Assembly (NCBI GenBank): GCA_016184225.1
Contig: JACPDA010000004.1
Coordinates: 6,800-70,799, forward strand
Source: Candidatus Daviesbacteria bacterium
Lineage (GTDB): Bacteria > Patescibacteriota > Microgenomatia > Daviesbacterales > UBA10151
Direction of reading: 5' to 3'
Length of the DNA: 64,000 bases
The notes beneath the pieces were generated by a model, which searched no databases, was not told where the DNA came from, and saw nothing but the letters and a program-made list of their open reading frames with translations. This document shows, in pieces, positions 10,028-18,480 of the stretch (position 1 is the stretch's first letter; the number at the start of each line of letters is the position of its first letter). Both the position numbers and the translations under genes were made by a program.

Positions 10028-10806
10028 TTCTTAAGTGCCTCCAGGATTTGCTCATGTATCAAACCATTTGAAGCTACAATATTTAATCTCTCCTTAGTCC
10101 AATCCGGCTCATTACCTGCAAAATCACTCACTTTCCCACCGGCTTCTCTGACAATTACCGCTCCTGCCGCAAAATCCCATTGCCATCCTTGAGCCACATA
10201 CCCGTCTAAAGCCCCTGTGCCAACTAGCGCCAAGATTCCTGCCGCCGGTCCGAACGAATAAGGATATCCCGCCTTCAAGGCCAATAGGTTAACATAACTT
10301 TCTATTTTTTGTTTCCGTCTAGCCTTATGGCCAAAATCCAGATCAATAACTGCCCCGTCAAGGTTTTTCTCCCGACTGACTCGAATAGTTTTGCCATTAA
10401 GATATGCCCCCAGACCTTCCTGGGCAAAATATAAATCCTGCGAGTAAACATCATTGATAACGCCTAGAATAGGCTTATTACTCTTTAACAGGCCGATTGA
10501 TACCGCAAAGAATGGGAGGCCATGCGCATAAGAGATAGTGCCATCCAAAGGATCAACAACCCAAGTATATTCGGATCCTTTATTTATTTTATTTTTTTCT
10601 TCTGCAATAATGTTATGTGTCGGAAAGTTTTTGGATAAGATCTCAACAATTTTTTCTTCTGATTCAAGATCTGCATATGTAGCAAAATCGCTTTTATCTT
10701 CATTTTTTAAGCTTAAGCTTAAACTCCTGCCGGAATATTTTTGTATTATTTTTCCAGCCTCTATAGCTGCCTGTTTGGCTACTTTTAAAAAATTATCTTC
10801 ACTCAT
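10024..10806 (-). CDS. inositol monophosphatase family protein (SuhB/ImpA-like)
   Basis: WVVDPLDGT metal-binding motif and the overall IMPase pattern. Confidence 0.8.
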   Translation of the reverse strand: MSEDNFLKVAKQAAIEAGKIIQKYSGRSLSLSLKNEDKSDFATYADLESEEKIVEILSKNFPTHNIIAEEKNKINKGSEYTWVVDPLDGTISYAHGLPFFAVSIGLLKSNKPILGVINDVYSQDLYFAQEGLGAYLNGKTIRVSREKNLDGAVIDLDFGHKARRKQKIESYVNLLALKAGYPYSFGPAAGILALVGTGALDGYVAQGWQWDFAAGAVIVREAGGKVSDFAGNEPDWTKERLNIVASNGLIHEQILEALKK

Positions 10807-10829
10807 AGATGTGGTCGCGCAAGCGGTTT

Positions 10830-11465
10830 TTACTGCCGTGACGAGCTAGCTTCTAATAAGTATATCACCTCTTTATCTGTCACAGGCTCAAATTGATGAT
10901 AAAACTGACCCACAGCCTGGAAATATTCAGGCGCCTCCAGTACTACACTCTGATCAACTTGCCCTTCCACCTTTCTTAGGGCATCTTGACTTGCAACAGG
11001 TACAGCCAATACTATCCTTGCTCCGTGTCTTTTTAGATATTTGATGGCTGAAAGAACTGTAGCTCCGGTGGCTATTCCATCATCTATCAAGATGGCCGTT
11101 TTGCCATTTACATCCAAGAGGGATCTACCGTTTCGATATAAATCTTCCCTTCTTTTAAGTTCTTTCCACTGATCGAGAACCTCTAGTTTCAGATCGTCAA
11201 TCTTAAGTCCTAAATCACTTAAAAGCCTATCTTCCCAGACCACTTCCCCGTCAGGATCAACTGCACCTAAAGCTAACTCCTCCTGACCAGGAGCACCAAT
11301 TTTGCGGGTGACTACAATATCCAAGGGCAAATTTAAATCTTTGGCAATTTCAGCAGCCACCACCACCCCGCCTCTGGGAATACCTAAAACAAGATCAGCT
11401 TTGATATCTTTCAATCTATTTGCCAGCAACTGCCCGGCAGATTGTCGATCCTTAAAGATCTTCAT
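10830..11465 (-). CDS. type I phosphoribosyltransferase-domain protein
   Basis: PRPP-binding loop ILIDDGIATGATV and N-terminal GIPRGG motif. Confidence 0.7.
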   Translation of the reverse strand: MKIFKDRQSAGQLLANRLKDIKADLVLGIPRGGVVVAAEIAKDLNLPLDIVVTRKIGAPGQEELALGAVDPDGEVVWEDRLLSDLGLKIDDLKLEVLDQWKELKRREDLYRNGRSLLDVNGKTAILIDDGIATGATVLSAIKYLKRHGARIVLAVPVASQDALRKVEGQVDQSVVLEAPEYFQAVGQFYHQFEPVTDKEVIYLLEASSSRQ

Positions 11466-11548
11466 AAATAGCTTTCAGTCATCAGCTATCAGCTTTCAGA
11501 CTTAAAATTGCAATAGTCTGACGACTGAAGACTGAAAGCTGACGACTA
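11466..11548. repeat. imperfect inverted repeat built from tcagct/ttcag units (related copy in frame inside the GT4 gene at 35241-35320)
   Basis: tcagtcatcagctatcagctttcagact...agtctgacgactgaagactgaaagctgacgac forms a long hairpin between two minus-strand genes. Confidence 0.6.
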
Positions 11549-11552
11549 TTTC

Positions 11553-12896
11553 CTAATCAAACAACCCCAACTGGGGAGCCTCCTCTGCTTCTTTGGCAAT
11601 CTCCTTCCCATGATCCCAAATCTTCACTATTCCATACACCCCATCATATCCCGGATCAATCACCAAATCTCCTTTTCTCACCTTTTCCACCCCTTCTGCC
11701 ACTTTATGTCCTGAAACTTTAGCAATTTCATCTGTTTTTATCTTGGTCAAAATTTTCATCTCATTCCCTAAGAAAGTTGTTAACTTTTTATACTCGTTTA
11801 GAACCTTTTGGGTTGTTGGGGCAGTTTCAAAAGCCTCAGCAATTATTTGTAAAAGCGGCACTAACATTCTATATCCAGCCCTTTCTGGAAACGCTCTACT
11901 TTTTATTAACCCTTGGACATTTTCAATTTTCAATTCTACATTCGATCGCGAAGCCATCGCTTCTACTCTTTCCATTACTCCCACGGTTAATCCCCTGCCA
12001 CAAACCGGGCACTTCTCCCCTTTTAGCTTAGTATCCTCCGGCGAATACTTCACATTACAACTGCGGTGTCCTGTGTAATGATATTTCCCCTCCTCCGGAT
12101 AAAATTCAATAGTACCTACTATTCCGTCATTGCGAGGAAGTTTACCCTGAGCTTGTCGAAGGGTGGCAATCTTGTTTGAAATAGCTTTCCATAAACCTTC
12201 GTATCTGTCTTCCAGATTACCCCCAAAAACCGTTGCCTCCCTGCCTAAATTAGGCAAAGAATGGGCATCAGAACAAGATATAATTGAGCGGTTGTCTAAC
12301 TCTTTAATCCGCCAGTTCATGGCCGGATCGCTGGACAACCCGGTTTCTATGGCATGAATATACTCTGTTAAATCTTCGAAGCAATCTTGCAAGGAGTTAT
12401 ACCCGGACTGCGAACCAAAAATGCCAAACCAGGGAGTCCAGGCATGGGCCGGCATAAAAATGACGTTTTGATCTATTTCCAAACACATCCTGAGCAATTC
12501 TTTAGAGGGAATTCCCACAATCGGCCGGCCGTCGGAGGAAAGGTTGGCTTTTTTTACCAGTAGGGCTTTTTGCAACTTCTCCACTGATTCAAACGAAGGC
12601 AGCATAATTACATTATGAATCCGGCGGACTGCGCCTTGGTGGGAATAAATCGAGGCCACTTCCACTGTTAAAACAAACTTAACTGCCGGATCTTTTTCAA
12701 AGCTTAAAAATCCCGAACCGTCATCTGTTAGCTGGCTTTTAAGCTCGGCAAACCAAAGGGGATGCAGACAGTCTCCTGTCCCCAAAACATCAATCCCTTT
12801 CAGCTTCCCCCATTCCACCAAATTAGGAACATTTAATGCTGGAGAACAGGCCCGGGAGTACCTGGAGTGAATATGCAAATCAGCTACATAGCCCAT
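11553..12896 (-). CDS. PHP-domain protein with a CPVCG zinc ribbon; EndoQ-like / TIGR00375-type
   Basis: N-terminal DLHIHS PHP metal-binding motif, a later CPVCGRG zinc finger, and about 447 aa. This matches my memory of the EndoQ family, but I have not verified it. Confidence 0.5.
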   Translation of the reverse strand: MGYVADLHIHSRYSRACSPALNVPNLVEWGKLKGIDVLGTGDCLHPLWFAELKSQLTDDGSGFLSFEKDPAVKFVLTVEVASIYSHQGAVRRIHNVIMLPSFESVEKLQKALLVKKANLSSDGRPIVGIPSKELLRMCLEIDQNVIFMPAHAWTPWFGIFGSQSGYNSLQDCFEDLTEYIHAIETGLSSDPAMNWRIKELDNRSIISCSDAHSLPNLGREATVFGGNLEDRYEGLWKAISNKIATLRQAQGKLPRNDGIVGTIEFYPEEGKYHYTGHRSCNVKYSPEDTKLKGEKCPVCGRGLTVGVMERVEAMASRSNVELKIENVQGLIKSRAFPERAGYRMLVPLLQIIAEAFETAPTTQKVLNEYKKLTTFLGNEMKILTKIKTDEIAKVSGHKVAEGVEKVRKGDLVIDPGYDGVYGIVKIWDHGKEIAKEAEEAPQLGLFD

Positions 12897-12932
12897 GCCC
12901 GCATTCTACCATATTAAATAACCAAGTACCTC

Positions 12933-13283
12933 TTGACTTATAGATTATACACCTGCTATAAATGGTTCATGATTGAGCGGGTCGGAGGTGTAATCAAAAA
13001 AGCAATAGAGCCACTTGTTAGGGTTGAAACCCAAACCTATGAAACTGCTGTTGCAAATCGCCTTGGCAGAATCGAACAGACAGAGACAAGGCGAGAATCT
13101 CTTATAGAAGAAAGTGTAAAAGGACAACCGAGAACAAGTGCTTATACCGAAGTTAGCGACGCCGCACTAGATTGGCTACACGCAACAAGCAGTGGTCTTG
13201 TGGCCGAAAGAAAAGCCATCTTATTAGGTCGCTTCGTCCTCAATTTACCATCTTACACATACTCGTGGCGTAACGCTAATTAA
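12933..13283 (+). CDS. hypothetical ORF in a 400-bp spacer; coding status doubtful
   Basis: Only the ORF track supports it; I recognise no motif. The region could equally be noncoding regulatory DNA or RNA. Confidence 0.2.
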   Translation: MTYRLYTCYKWFMIERVGGVIKKAIEPLVRVETQTYETAVANRLGRIEQTETRRESLIEESVKGQPRTSAYTEVSDAALDWLHATSSGLVAERKAILLGRFVLNLPSYTYSWRNAN

Positions 13284-13297
13284 ACTATTAATACTAT

Positions 13298-13819
13298 CTA
13301 TTCTTTCTTCTTTGCCATCCTTCTCTTAAAAAGATTCTCTCTAAACCCGCCTTCATTAACAAATTTTTCTTCTAACCATCTTAACTTTTGATCTAATAAA
13401 CGGTTGGTTTGGTTAATTAGGCAAATCATCGCATTTGCTGCGCTTTCTGCATTTTCAATATAATCTTTATAATTTTTATAATTATTATAATCGTTATATA
13501 CAAAGCCCCTGACTCTCCTGGCTTCCATAGAATCTTTCTCCCAAAATCCTAACCCATGCTGGCGCAAAAAATCCTGATAATCATTTAGGAGCTCTTCCAA
13601 GCTACCCCTTGCCACTCCTAAAAGTTTAATCCTTCCTTCTAGGCTCTTCTGTAAATACCCCTCAGCAATATTCTGTTTTCCGGATCTGGCAGCCTGCTCC
13701 ATCTGGTCTTTGGTTCTGGATTTGTAGTCAATATATTTTTGAACAAACTCAACAGTAAAATCATAAATAATTTCAGTTTGTTTAAAGAAAGGTAAATCTT
13801 TGTAGCCGCCGCTTGCCAT
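13298..13819 (-). CDS. four-helix-bundle protein (23S rRNA intervening-sequence protein family, PF05635-like)
   Basis: The QMEQAARSGKQNIAEGY segment matches the RRAA..NIAEG signature of this family. The gene contains an in-frame copy of a 33-bp AT-rich repeat that also occurs just upstream. Confidence 0.7.
   Translation of the reverse strand: MASGGYKDLPFFKQTEIIYDFTVEFVQKYIDYKSRTKDQMEQAARSGKQNIAEGYLQKSLEGRIKLLGVARGSLEELLNDYQDFLRQHGLGFWEKDSMEARRVRGFVYNDYNNYKNYKDYIENAESAANAMICLINQTNRLLDQKLRWLEEKFVNEGGFRENLFKRRMAKKKE
13464..13500. repeat. 33-bp repeat ttataatttttataaYtattataaYcgttatat, copy inside the CDS (encodes YNDYNNYKNYKDY)
   Basis: A second, near-identical copy lies at 13836-13871, in the gap between the ligase stop and this gene's start. 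Confidence 0.7.
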
Positions 13820-13870
13820 TTTGTTTTTATATAAATTTTATAATTTTTATAACTATTATAACCGTTATAT

Positions 13871-15619
13871 CTATTTCTTAAATTGAAGCTTATACATCTC
13901 AACCAACTCTTTAACAGTTGTAGCGTCTTCAGCGTGTTTATCAGAACCACGGAACTTGACCAACCTGGGAAATCTGAGGGCGTAACCGGGCTCTGAGCCC
14001 TTTTTTCCGGCAGTATGAACCGGGCTTCTTGTGATCTCATCTGCCAACACCTCAATCACTATCTTTGGTTCCACCCAAACACTCGGTGTAATGAGCGAGC
14101 TCACTCTGGCTGGTTTACTTTGCACTTTGAACTTTGCACTTTTCACTTTTATCTCCCTCCATTCTTCATCAGTTAAACCGGTGCCGATTTTAGAAACCGT
14201 CACGAATTCGTCTTTTCCCTTATCGTAAACACCCACCAACAAAGAACCAGCTCCGAACCCTGCCCGTTTCCCCCGGCCGAAGATATAGCCTAAAATTACG
14301 CAATCAATTGTGTCTTTGAGCTCTCCTGCCGAGTGTCTTTTTAGCTTGACCCAATTGAAATTTCTGGCTCCTGCCTCATATTTTGAATCAGGCCTTTTAC
14401 AAACAAGCCCTTCCAATCCCTTGGTAATTGCATCATCAAATAATTCAATAATCCGTTTTACTGACTTGGTAAACTCCCCGGGCTGCGCAAGTAAAACCGT
14501 ATCAGGGGTGATGACTTTTTTCAATTTTTCCATCCGGGCTCGGAGGGATAAGTCAATTAAGGATTTCCCATTTAAATACATAATGTCAAACACAAAAGCT
14601 TTTAAAGGTAAGCTTTTTGCCATCTCCTCAATGTTATATTTACGCCGTCTTTTAGTGGTTTCCTGGAAAGGCAAAAATTCCTCTGACTCCGGGTTAAAAG
14701 CTACTGCTTCCGAGTCCAAAATAATGCTGTCTGCTTTAACTTGTTTCAAAATCCCCTGGATAATCTCGGGAAACATGGGTGTAGTTTCCTCTAAATTCCG
14801 GGAAAACAGCCTGACTTTTTGACCTTGTTTGTGTATTTCAATCCTGAAACCATCATATTTATACTGAACATGTGCTTCGCCGCCAAATTTTTCTAAAATG
14901 GTATTGGCATCAGGCAAACGTTCTGCCAGCTGCGACCTGATGGGTCGACCCACTGTCACATCCAAGCTCCGCACTCCCTGAATTCCCTGACTCCATAATG
15001 TTTCCGCAATCACTCCTAAATCAGAAGTTTTATTGTAAGCTTCTTCCAGCTCTTTGCGCCTTTTCCGGTCCCCCAGCTTAGCCAGGGCAAAGCCGTCTAA
15101 CACCGTCGGATCCCCTATTCCCAACCTGGAAACACCCAGAGGAATCCTGACCAGATGTTTTGCCGAAACCGGATCCATCTGCTTTAGCAGACCGGAAAGA
15201 AGTTCCAATTTTTTCTCAACTGTCCCCTTCCCGGCAGTCCCGGCAATCTCTGTCAAAGTCTTAAATACATCTGTAATTGTCATTCTGGCTTGTCCAGAAT
15301 CGATTCTGGATGCGCTTTGCTTACCAGAATGACGTTGTGCCACAACCCCTAAGTCTCCTACCTGTCCATATTCTCTCAACACCTCTTCCCGCTCTACTCC
15401 ATAAGCTCTGGCAATAGATTGAGCCACCAACTTCTCGCTCATACCGATCTCAATCGGTTCATAAAAAGGCGCCACCCGGCCCTGGATTAAATAAACCACT
15501 TTGGCAATTTCCGCAGGTTTAACTTTGGAAAAAAGCTCTGCCAAAATATCAATTAAAGAGAGTCTGGAAGAAGTCTGTTCCAATTTTTCAAAATACTCTG
15601 TAAGTTTAGAAAATTTCAT
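13871..15619 (-). CDS. lig: ATP-dependent DNA ligase (LigI/LigB family)
   Basis: KYDGFRIEIHK (KxDG adenylation motif) and the downstream ligase motifs. The true start is probably MKFSKLTEYF near 15619. The 71-codon 5' extension in the ORF track runs through a MITE-like repeat and is likely not translated. Confidence 0.85.
   Translation of the reverse strand: MKFSKLTEYFEKLEQTSSRLSLIDILAELFSKVKPAEIAKVVYLIQGRVAPFYEPIEIGMSEKLVAQSIARAYGVEREEVLREYGQVGDLGVVAQRHSGKQSASRIDSGQARMTITDVFKTLTEIAGTAGKGTVEKKLELLSGLLKQMDPVSAKHLVRIPLGVSRLGIGDPTVLDGFALAKLGDRKRRKELEEAYNKTSDLGVIAETLWSQGIQGVRSLDVTVGRPIRSQLAERLPDANTILEKFGGEAHVQYKYDGFRIEIHKQGQKVRLFSRNLEETTPMFPEIIQGILKQVKADSIILDSEAVAFNPESEEFLPFQETTKRRRKYNIEEMAKSLPLKAFVFDIMYLNGKSLIDLSLRARMEKLKKVITPDTVLLAQPGEFTKSVKRIIELFDDAITKGLEGLVCKRPDSKYEAGARNFNWVKLKRHSAGELKDTIDCVILGYIFGRGKRAGFGAGSLLVGVYDKGKDEFVTVSKIGTGLTDEEWREIKVKSAKFKVQSKPARVSSLITPSVWVEPKIVIEVLADEITRSPVHTAGKKGSEPGYALRFPRLVKFRGSDKHAEDATTVKELVEMYKLQFKK
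15278..15333. repeat. MITE-like hairpin element (ends TGTCATTCTGG...CCAGAATGAC), in frame inside the ligase gene
   Basis: Terminal inverted repeats with an internal gattctgga block. It encodes RHSGKQSASRIDSGQARMT within the ligase. Confidence 0.75.
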
Positions 15620-15627
15620 TTTGTTTC

Positions 15628-15725
15628 TGTCATTGCGAGGATCCCGTACCGATTCTGGTGCGGGAGACGTAACAATCTTGATTGAGTTAAGATTCTGACG
15701 CTTACTTCGTTCGCTCAGAATGACA
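15628..15725. repeat. MITE-like element, long variant (TGTCATTGCGAGG...CTCAGAATGACA)
   Basis: Same terminal motif family. It lies at the ligase 5' end and upstream of the GGDEF gene. Confidence 0.7.
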
Positions 15726-15772
15726 ATAGTAGGATTGTAATAGATTCCAAAGCTATTGTAAAATACGCATCT

Positions 15773-16618
15773 ATGGTTTATTCTGAAGGTTATATGCTTG
15801 AAACACACGGTGCATCCAAAGAGACTACGCAACAGGAGGATCCTCGGGTAACAGAACTAGCAGCTGAATTACACAGCAGATTGATAGCTGTTTTGCCAAA
15901 TCTGCCCGATGATAACAAAACCTCAGCTGATCTACTCAATTTAGCACACCAATTGGCAAAGGAACAAGTAGCTTTAAAGGAGGAAAATACAAGACTACAA
16001 CAACTGATTGATAGAGATCCTTACAATGATGAAATATATTCTGCTATTGGATGGAATAGGGTTATGAAAGATAAATTGGCGAAGTTAAGAAGAGATAAAC
16101 AAGGCGCAGTACTGATAGCATTCGATCTCGACCATTTTGGGGACTACAATGATATACAGAAGAGCCATATTGAAGGTGATATGGCTCTGGGATTAGCTGG
16201 GCAACTTGCCAAAAGCGTATTAAGGCCAACAGATTTGATAGCTAGACTACATGGAGATGAATTTGAAGTATTGGTAGATACGGATCTCGAAACCGCAATT
16301 CTTATAGCTGAAAGAATGAGGAAAGCTATATCCGGAATGTCTGTTTTACTAAAAACATCCATACCGCTTAGTGCAAGTTTTGGAATCGTAAGATTAGATA
16401 GAAGCATTATAGAAACGCAATATAGATCAGACGAAGAGCGTTCGAATGCCTTGGATCAAGCATATAAATTAGCAGACCATGTTCAATATGTAGGGGCAAA
16501 GGAGGTAGGTAGAAACAGTATTGGCGTTATGTTAGATAGTGGTAAAATTCAAACAGCAATCGTAAATGTAATAGGAGTCGCCGATCCACACCCGACAATT
16601 AGTTACAGGGAGCCTTAA
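15773..16618 (+). CDS. GGDEF-domain protein (diguanylate cyclase-like) with an N-terminal coiled-coil region; the motif is the variant RLHGDEF
   Basis: AFDLDHFGDYND...RLHGDEFEVLV fits the GGDEF domain architecture. The first Gly of the motif is replaced by His. The start codon is uncertain, as the first part overlaps the repeat. Confidence 0.7.
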   Translation: MVYSEGYMLETHGASKETTQQEDPRVTELAAELHSRLIAVLPNLPDDNKTSADLLNLAHQLAKEQVALKEENTRLQQLIDRDPYNDEIYSAIGWNRVMKDKLAKLRRDKQGAVLIAFDLDHFGDYNDIQKSHIEGDMALGLAGQLAKSVLRPTDLIARLHGDEFEVLVDTDLETAILIAERMRKAISGMSVLLKTSIPLSASFGIVRLDRSIIETQYRSDEERSNALDQAYKLADHVQYVGAKEVGRNSIGVMLDSGKIQTAIVNVIGVADPHPTISYREP

Positions 16619-16624
16619 AAGCTA

Positions 16625-17701
16625 CTATTTTAATACATAAACCGCTTTTTTGGTGCCGCCGGATTTTTTCACCAGGCCTTTTTGGCGGAGGAATTTAAGT
16701 TCCCGTAAAACCGTATCATCAGAATGATCCGGAAAAATCTTACGGAACTCTTTATTGGATAATCCCTTGTGCCGGTGAATATATTCCATAATCAACATTT
16801 GCCGCTCGTTTAACTGGAGCTGCTGTCCCAGCTTATCTTTGATCCTGGCATCAACTGAAATTCTTTGCACTTTTTCTTTAACGCGATTTAGTTCAATTGC
16901 CACTCCCTCGACGAAATACTCCAGCCACGGTGTTAGATCACGCTCATGAGTATCCAGAACGAGCTGGTTTGATACAGCTTGCAAGGTTAAGTAATACTTC
17001 ATGGGATCCTCATCAAAATATTCTTCAAAAGAGAAAAACTTTCTGATGTCATAGCCATCCAGGAATAAAATTAAAGTGGCCACGGCCCTGGCTACCCTAC
17101 CATTACCGTCTACAAAAGGGTGGATTCTCGCCAGTTCATAGTGGATAATCCCGGCTTTGATAATCGGATGAAGCTCTTTTCCTTCATCAGAGTTAATCCA
17201 AGTTACAAGATCTTCCACCAAATACGGTACTTCCACTGCCGGTGGAGGGGTATAGGAAACCTGTCCGGTTTTGGTATTTTTGATCACCACCTGCCTAATC
17301 CGAAATTGCCCCGAGGTTTCGGGGGACAAAATCTTCTCCGTAGTCAACTTGTGCATCTCCAGAATGGTTTCCAAGGTAAAACTGTAACTGCCGGAGGAGC
17401 CAATTTGGACAAAAATACCTTCAATAAACTTTAAGACATTACGGTAATTGATAATCTCCTGGACATCCCGATCCCGGGCAATTACTTCCTGGCCTTCCAG
17501 AACATCTCTTACCTCTTCCGGAGACAAAGGATTACCTTCCAAATGAGTGCCATGGTGAATTGTCCGCTCAATCGCTTCTTTGCGAAACTTTGCTTCCCAA
17601 GCCGGCACCAAAGGAGCATTCATAATCACTTCTCTGGCCGCTTCCACAATCCCAATATCTTTGAGGATCTTGTTTGTAATTGAGTGTTTCGGAATGAACA
17701 T
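16625..17701 (-). CDS. Fic family protein (AMPylase-type) with a C-terminal winged-helix domain
   Basis: Canonical Fic motif HPFVDGNGRVAR. Confidence 0.85.
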   Translation of the reverse strand: MFIPKHSITNKILKDIGIVEAAREVIMNAPLVPAWEAKFRKEAIERTIHHGTHLEGNPLSPEEVRDVLEGQEVIARDRDVQEIINYRNVLKFIEGIFVQIGSSGSYSFTLETILEMHKLTTEKILSPETSGQFRIRQVVIKNTKTGQVSYTPPPAVEVPYLVEDLVTWINSDEGKELHPIIKAGIIHYELARIHPFVDGNGRVARAVATLILFLDGYDIRKFFSFEEYFDEDPMKYYLTLQAVSNQLVLDTHERDLTPWLEYFVEGVAIELNRVKEKVQRISVDARIKDKLGQQLQLNERQMLIMEYIHRHKGLSNKEFRKIFPDHSDDTVLRELKFLRQKGLVKKSGGTKKAVYVLK

Positions 17702-17761
17702 TTTCGCTAGGGTTTAGGGGTTAGCGACTAGGGTATAGTAGAAAAAAATTTTGCTTTTTGA

Positions 17762-17817
17762 CTATACCCTATACCCTATACCCTATACCCTATACCCTAT
17801 ACCCTATACCCTATCTT
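17762..17817. repeat. tandem heptamer array (CCTATAC) x8
   Basis: Perfect 8-copy array in the spacer between fic and the PaaX-like gene. Confidence 0.9.
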
Positions 17818-17879
17818 CCCACATTTCCCGCAAAAAATCTAATTTGAATCTTGATGTACCAATTGCTTGTACGATCGCA

Positions 17880-18383
17880 TCACGAAATGGTATGACTAGT
17901 CAAACGATTGACTTCCATTACTATCACCCACTTTTCTATCCCCAGATCCTTAATATATGATTCCAGTTTATCAAAAACATTTCTTCTGCTAATCCAGACG
18001 GATTTTTGCAGATGTTTAAAACCCCATTTTTTTAAATTCCTTCTAAAAAGATTTCTGATAATCCGCTTCTCCTCCGGTATATCAAAAATTACTATCCTCC
18101 ATTTCCCATCCCAATTTTTCTCTTCAAACGGATCACTAATTAAATCCCTTCCTGCTTCTGTTAATTTTATAATGACATCATTTTTAAGCTTGACTTGCTC
18201 AATTAAACCACCTTCTCGGAGTCTTCTTAATGCTTGGGATAGTGCAGATTTTTTAAGTTCAGGAATGTCGTAGTGATAGCGGTAATGGTGATAAGTAAAA
18301 TCCTCAAATCTGACATAGCCATCGACTGCTTTTTCCAAAATATGCAAAATCGCATTAGCCAAACTTTTTTTGTAAACCCCCAT
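17880..18383 (-). CDS. PaaX-like regulator (N-terminal wHTH, C-terminal Cas2-fold PaaX_C-like domain)
   Basis: WDGKWRIVIFDIPEEKR...LKKWGFKHLQKSVWIS resembles the PaaX C-terminal domain. The gene is flanked by GTACGATCGCA palindromic motifs. Confidence 0.5.
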   Translation of the reverse strand: MGVYKKSLANAILHILEKAVDGYVRFEDFTYHHYRYHYDIPELKKSALSQALRRLREGGLIEQVKLKNDVIIKLTEAGRDLISDPFEEKNWDGKWRIVIFDIPEEKRIIRNLFRRNLKKWGFKHLQKSVWISRRNVFDKLESYIKDLGIEKWVIVMEVNRLTSHTIS

Positions 18384-18480
18384 ATCAATTTATTGTACGA
18401 TCGCACACTAAATTGTCAATATGCAATTGATTTCGTGGCTGGAATTTTCAGTTGTAATACATGATGGTATACTGGATTGA

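Noticed and set aside
12933-13283. RNase P RNA or SRP RNA in the 400-bp spacer
   Set aside because: I looked for the GGAAAGUCCGGGCUCC / ACAGAAACCGGCUUA (RNase P) and GGAAGCAGCC (SRP) signatures on both strands and did not find them.
13639-14055. 138-aa minus ORF spanning the ligase and four-helix-bundle junction
   Set aside because: It runs through the AT-rich repeat and overlaps two well-supported genes in another frame.
15620-15832. 71-codon N-terminal extension of the ligase ORF
   Set aside because: The extension is encoded by a MITE-like repeat and the GGDEF upstream region. A strong internal Met (MKFSKLTEYF) matches ligase N-termini.
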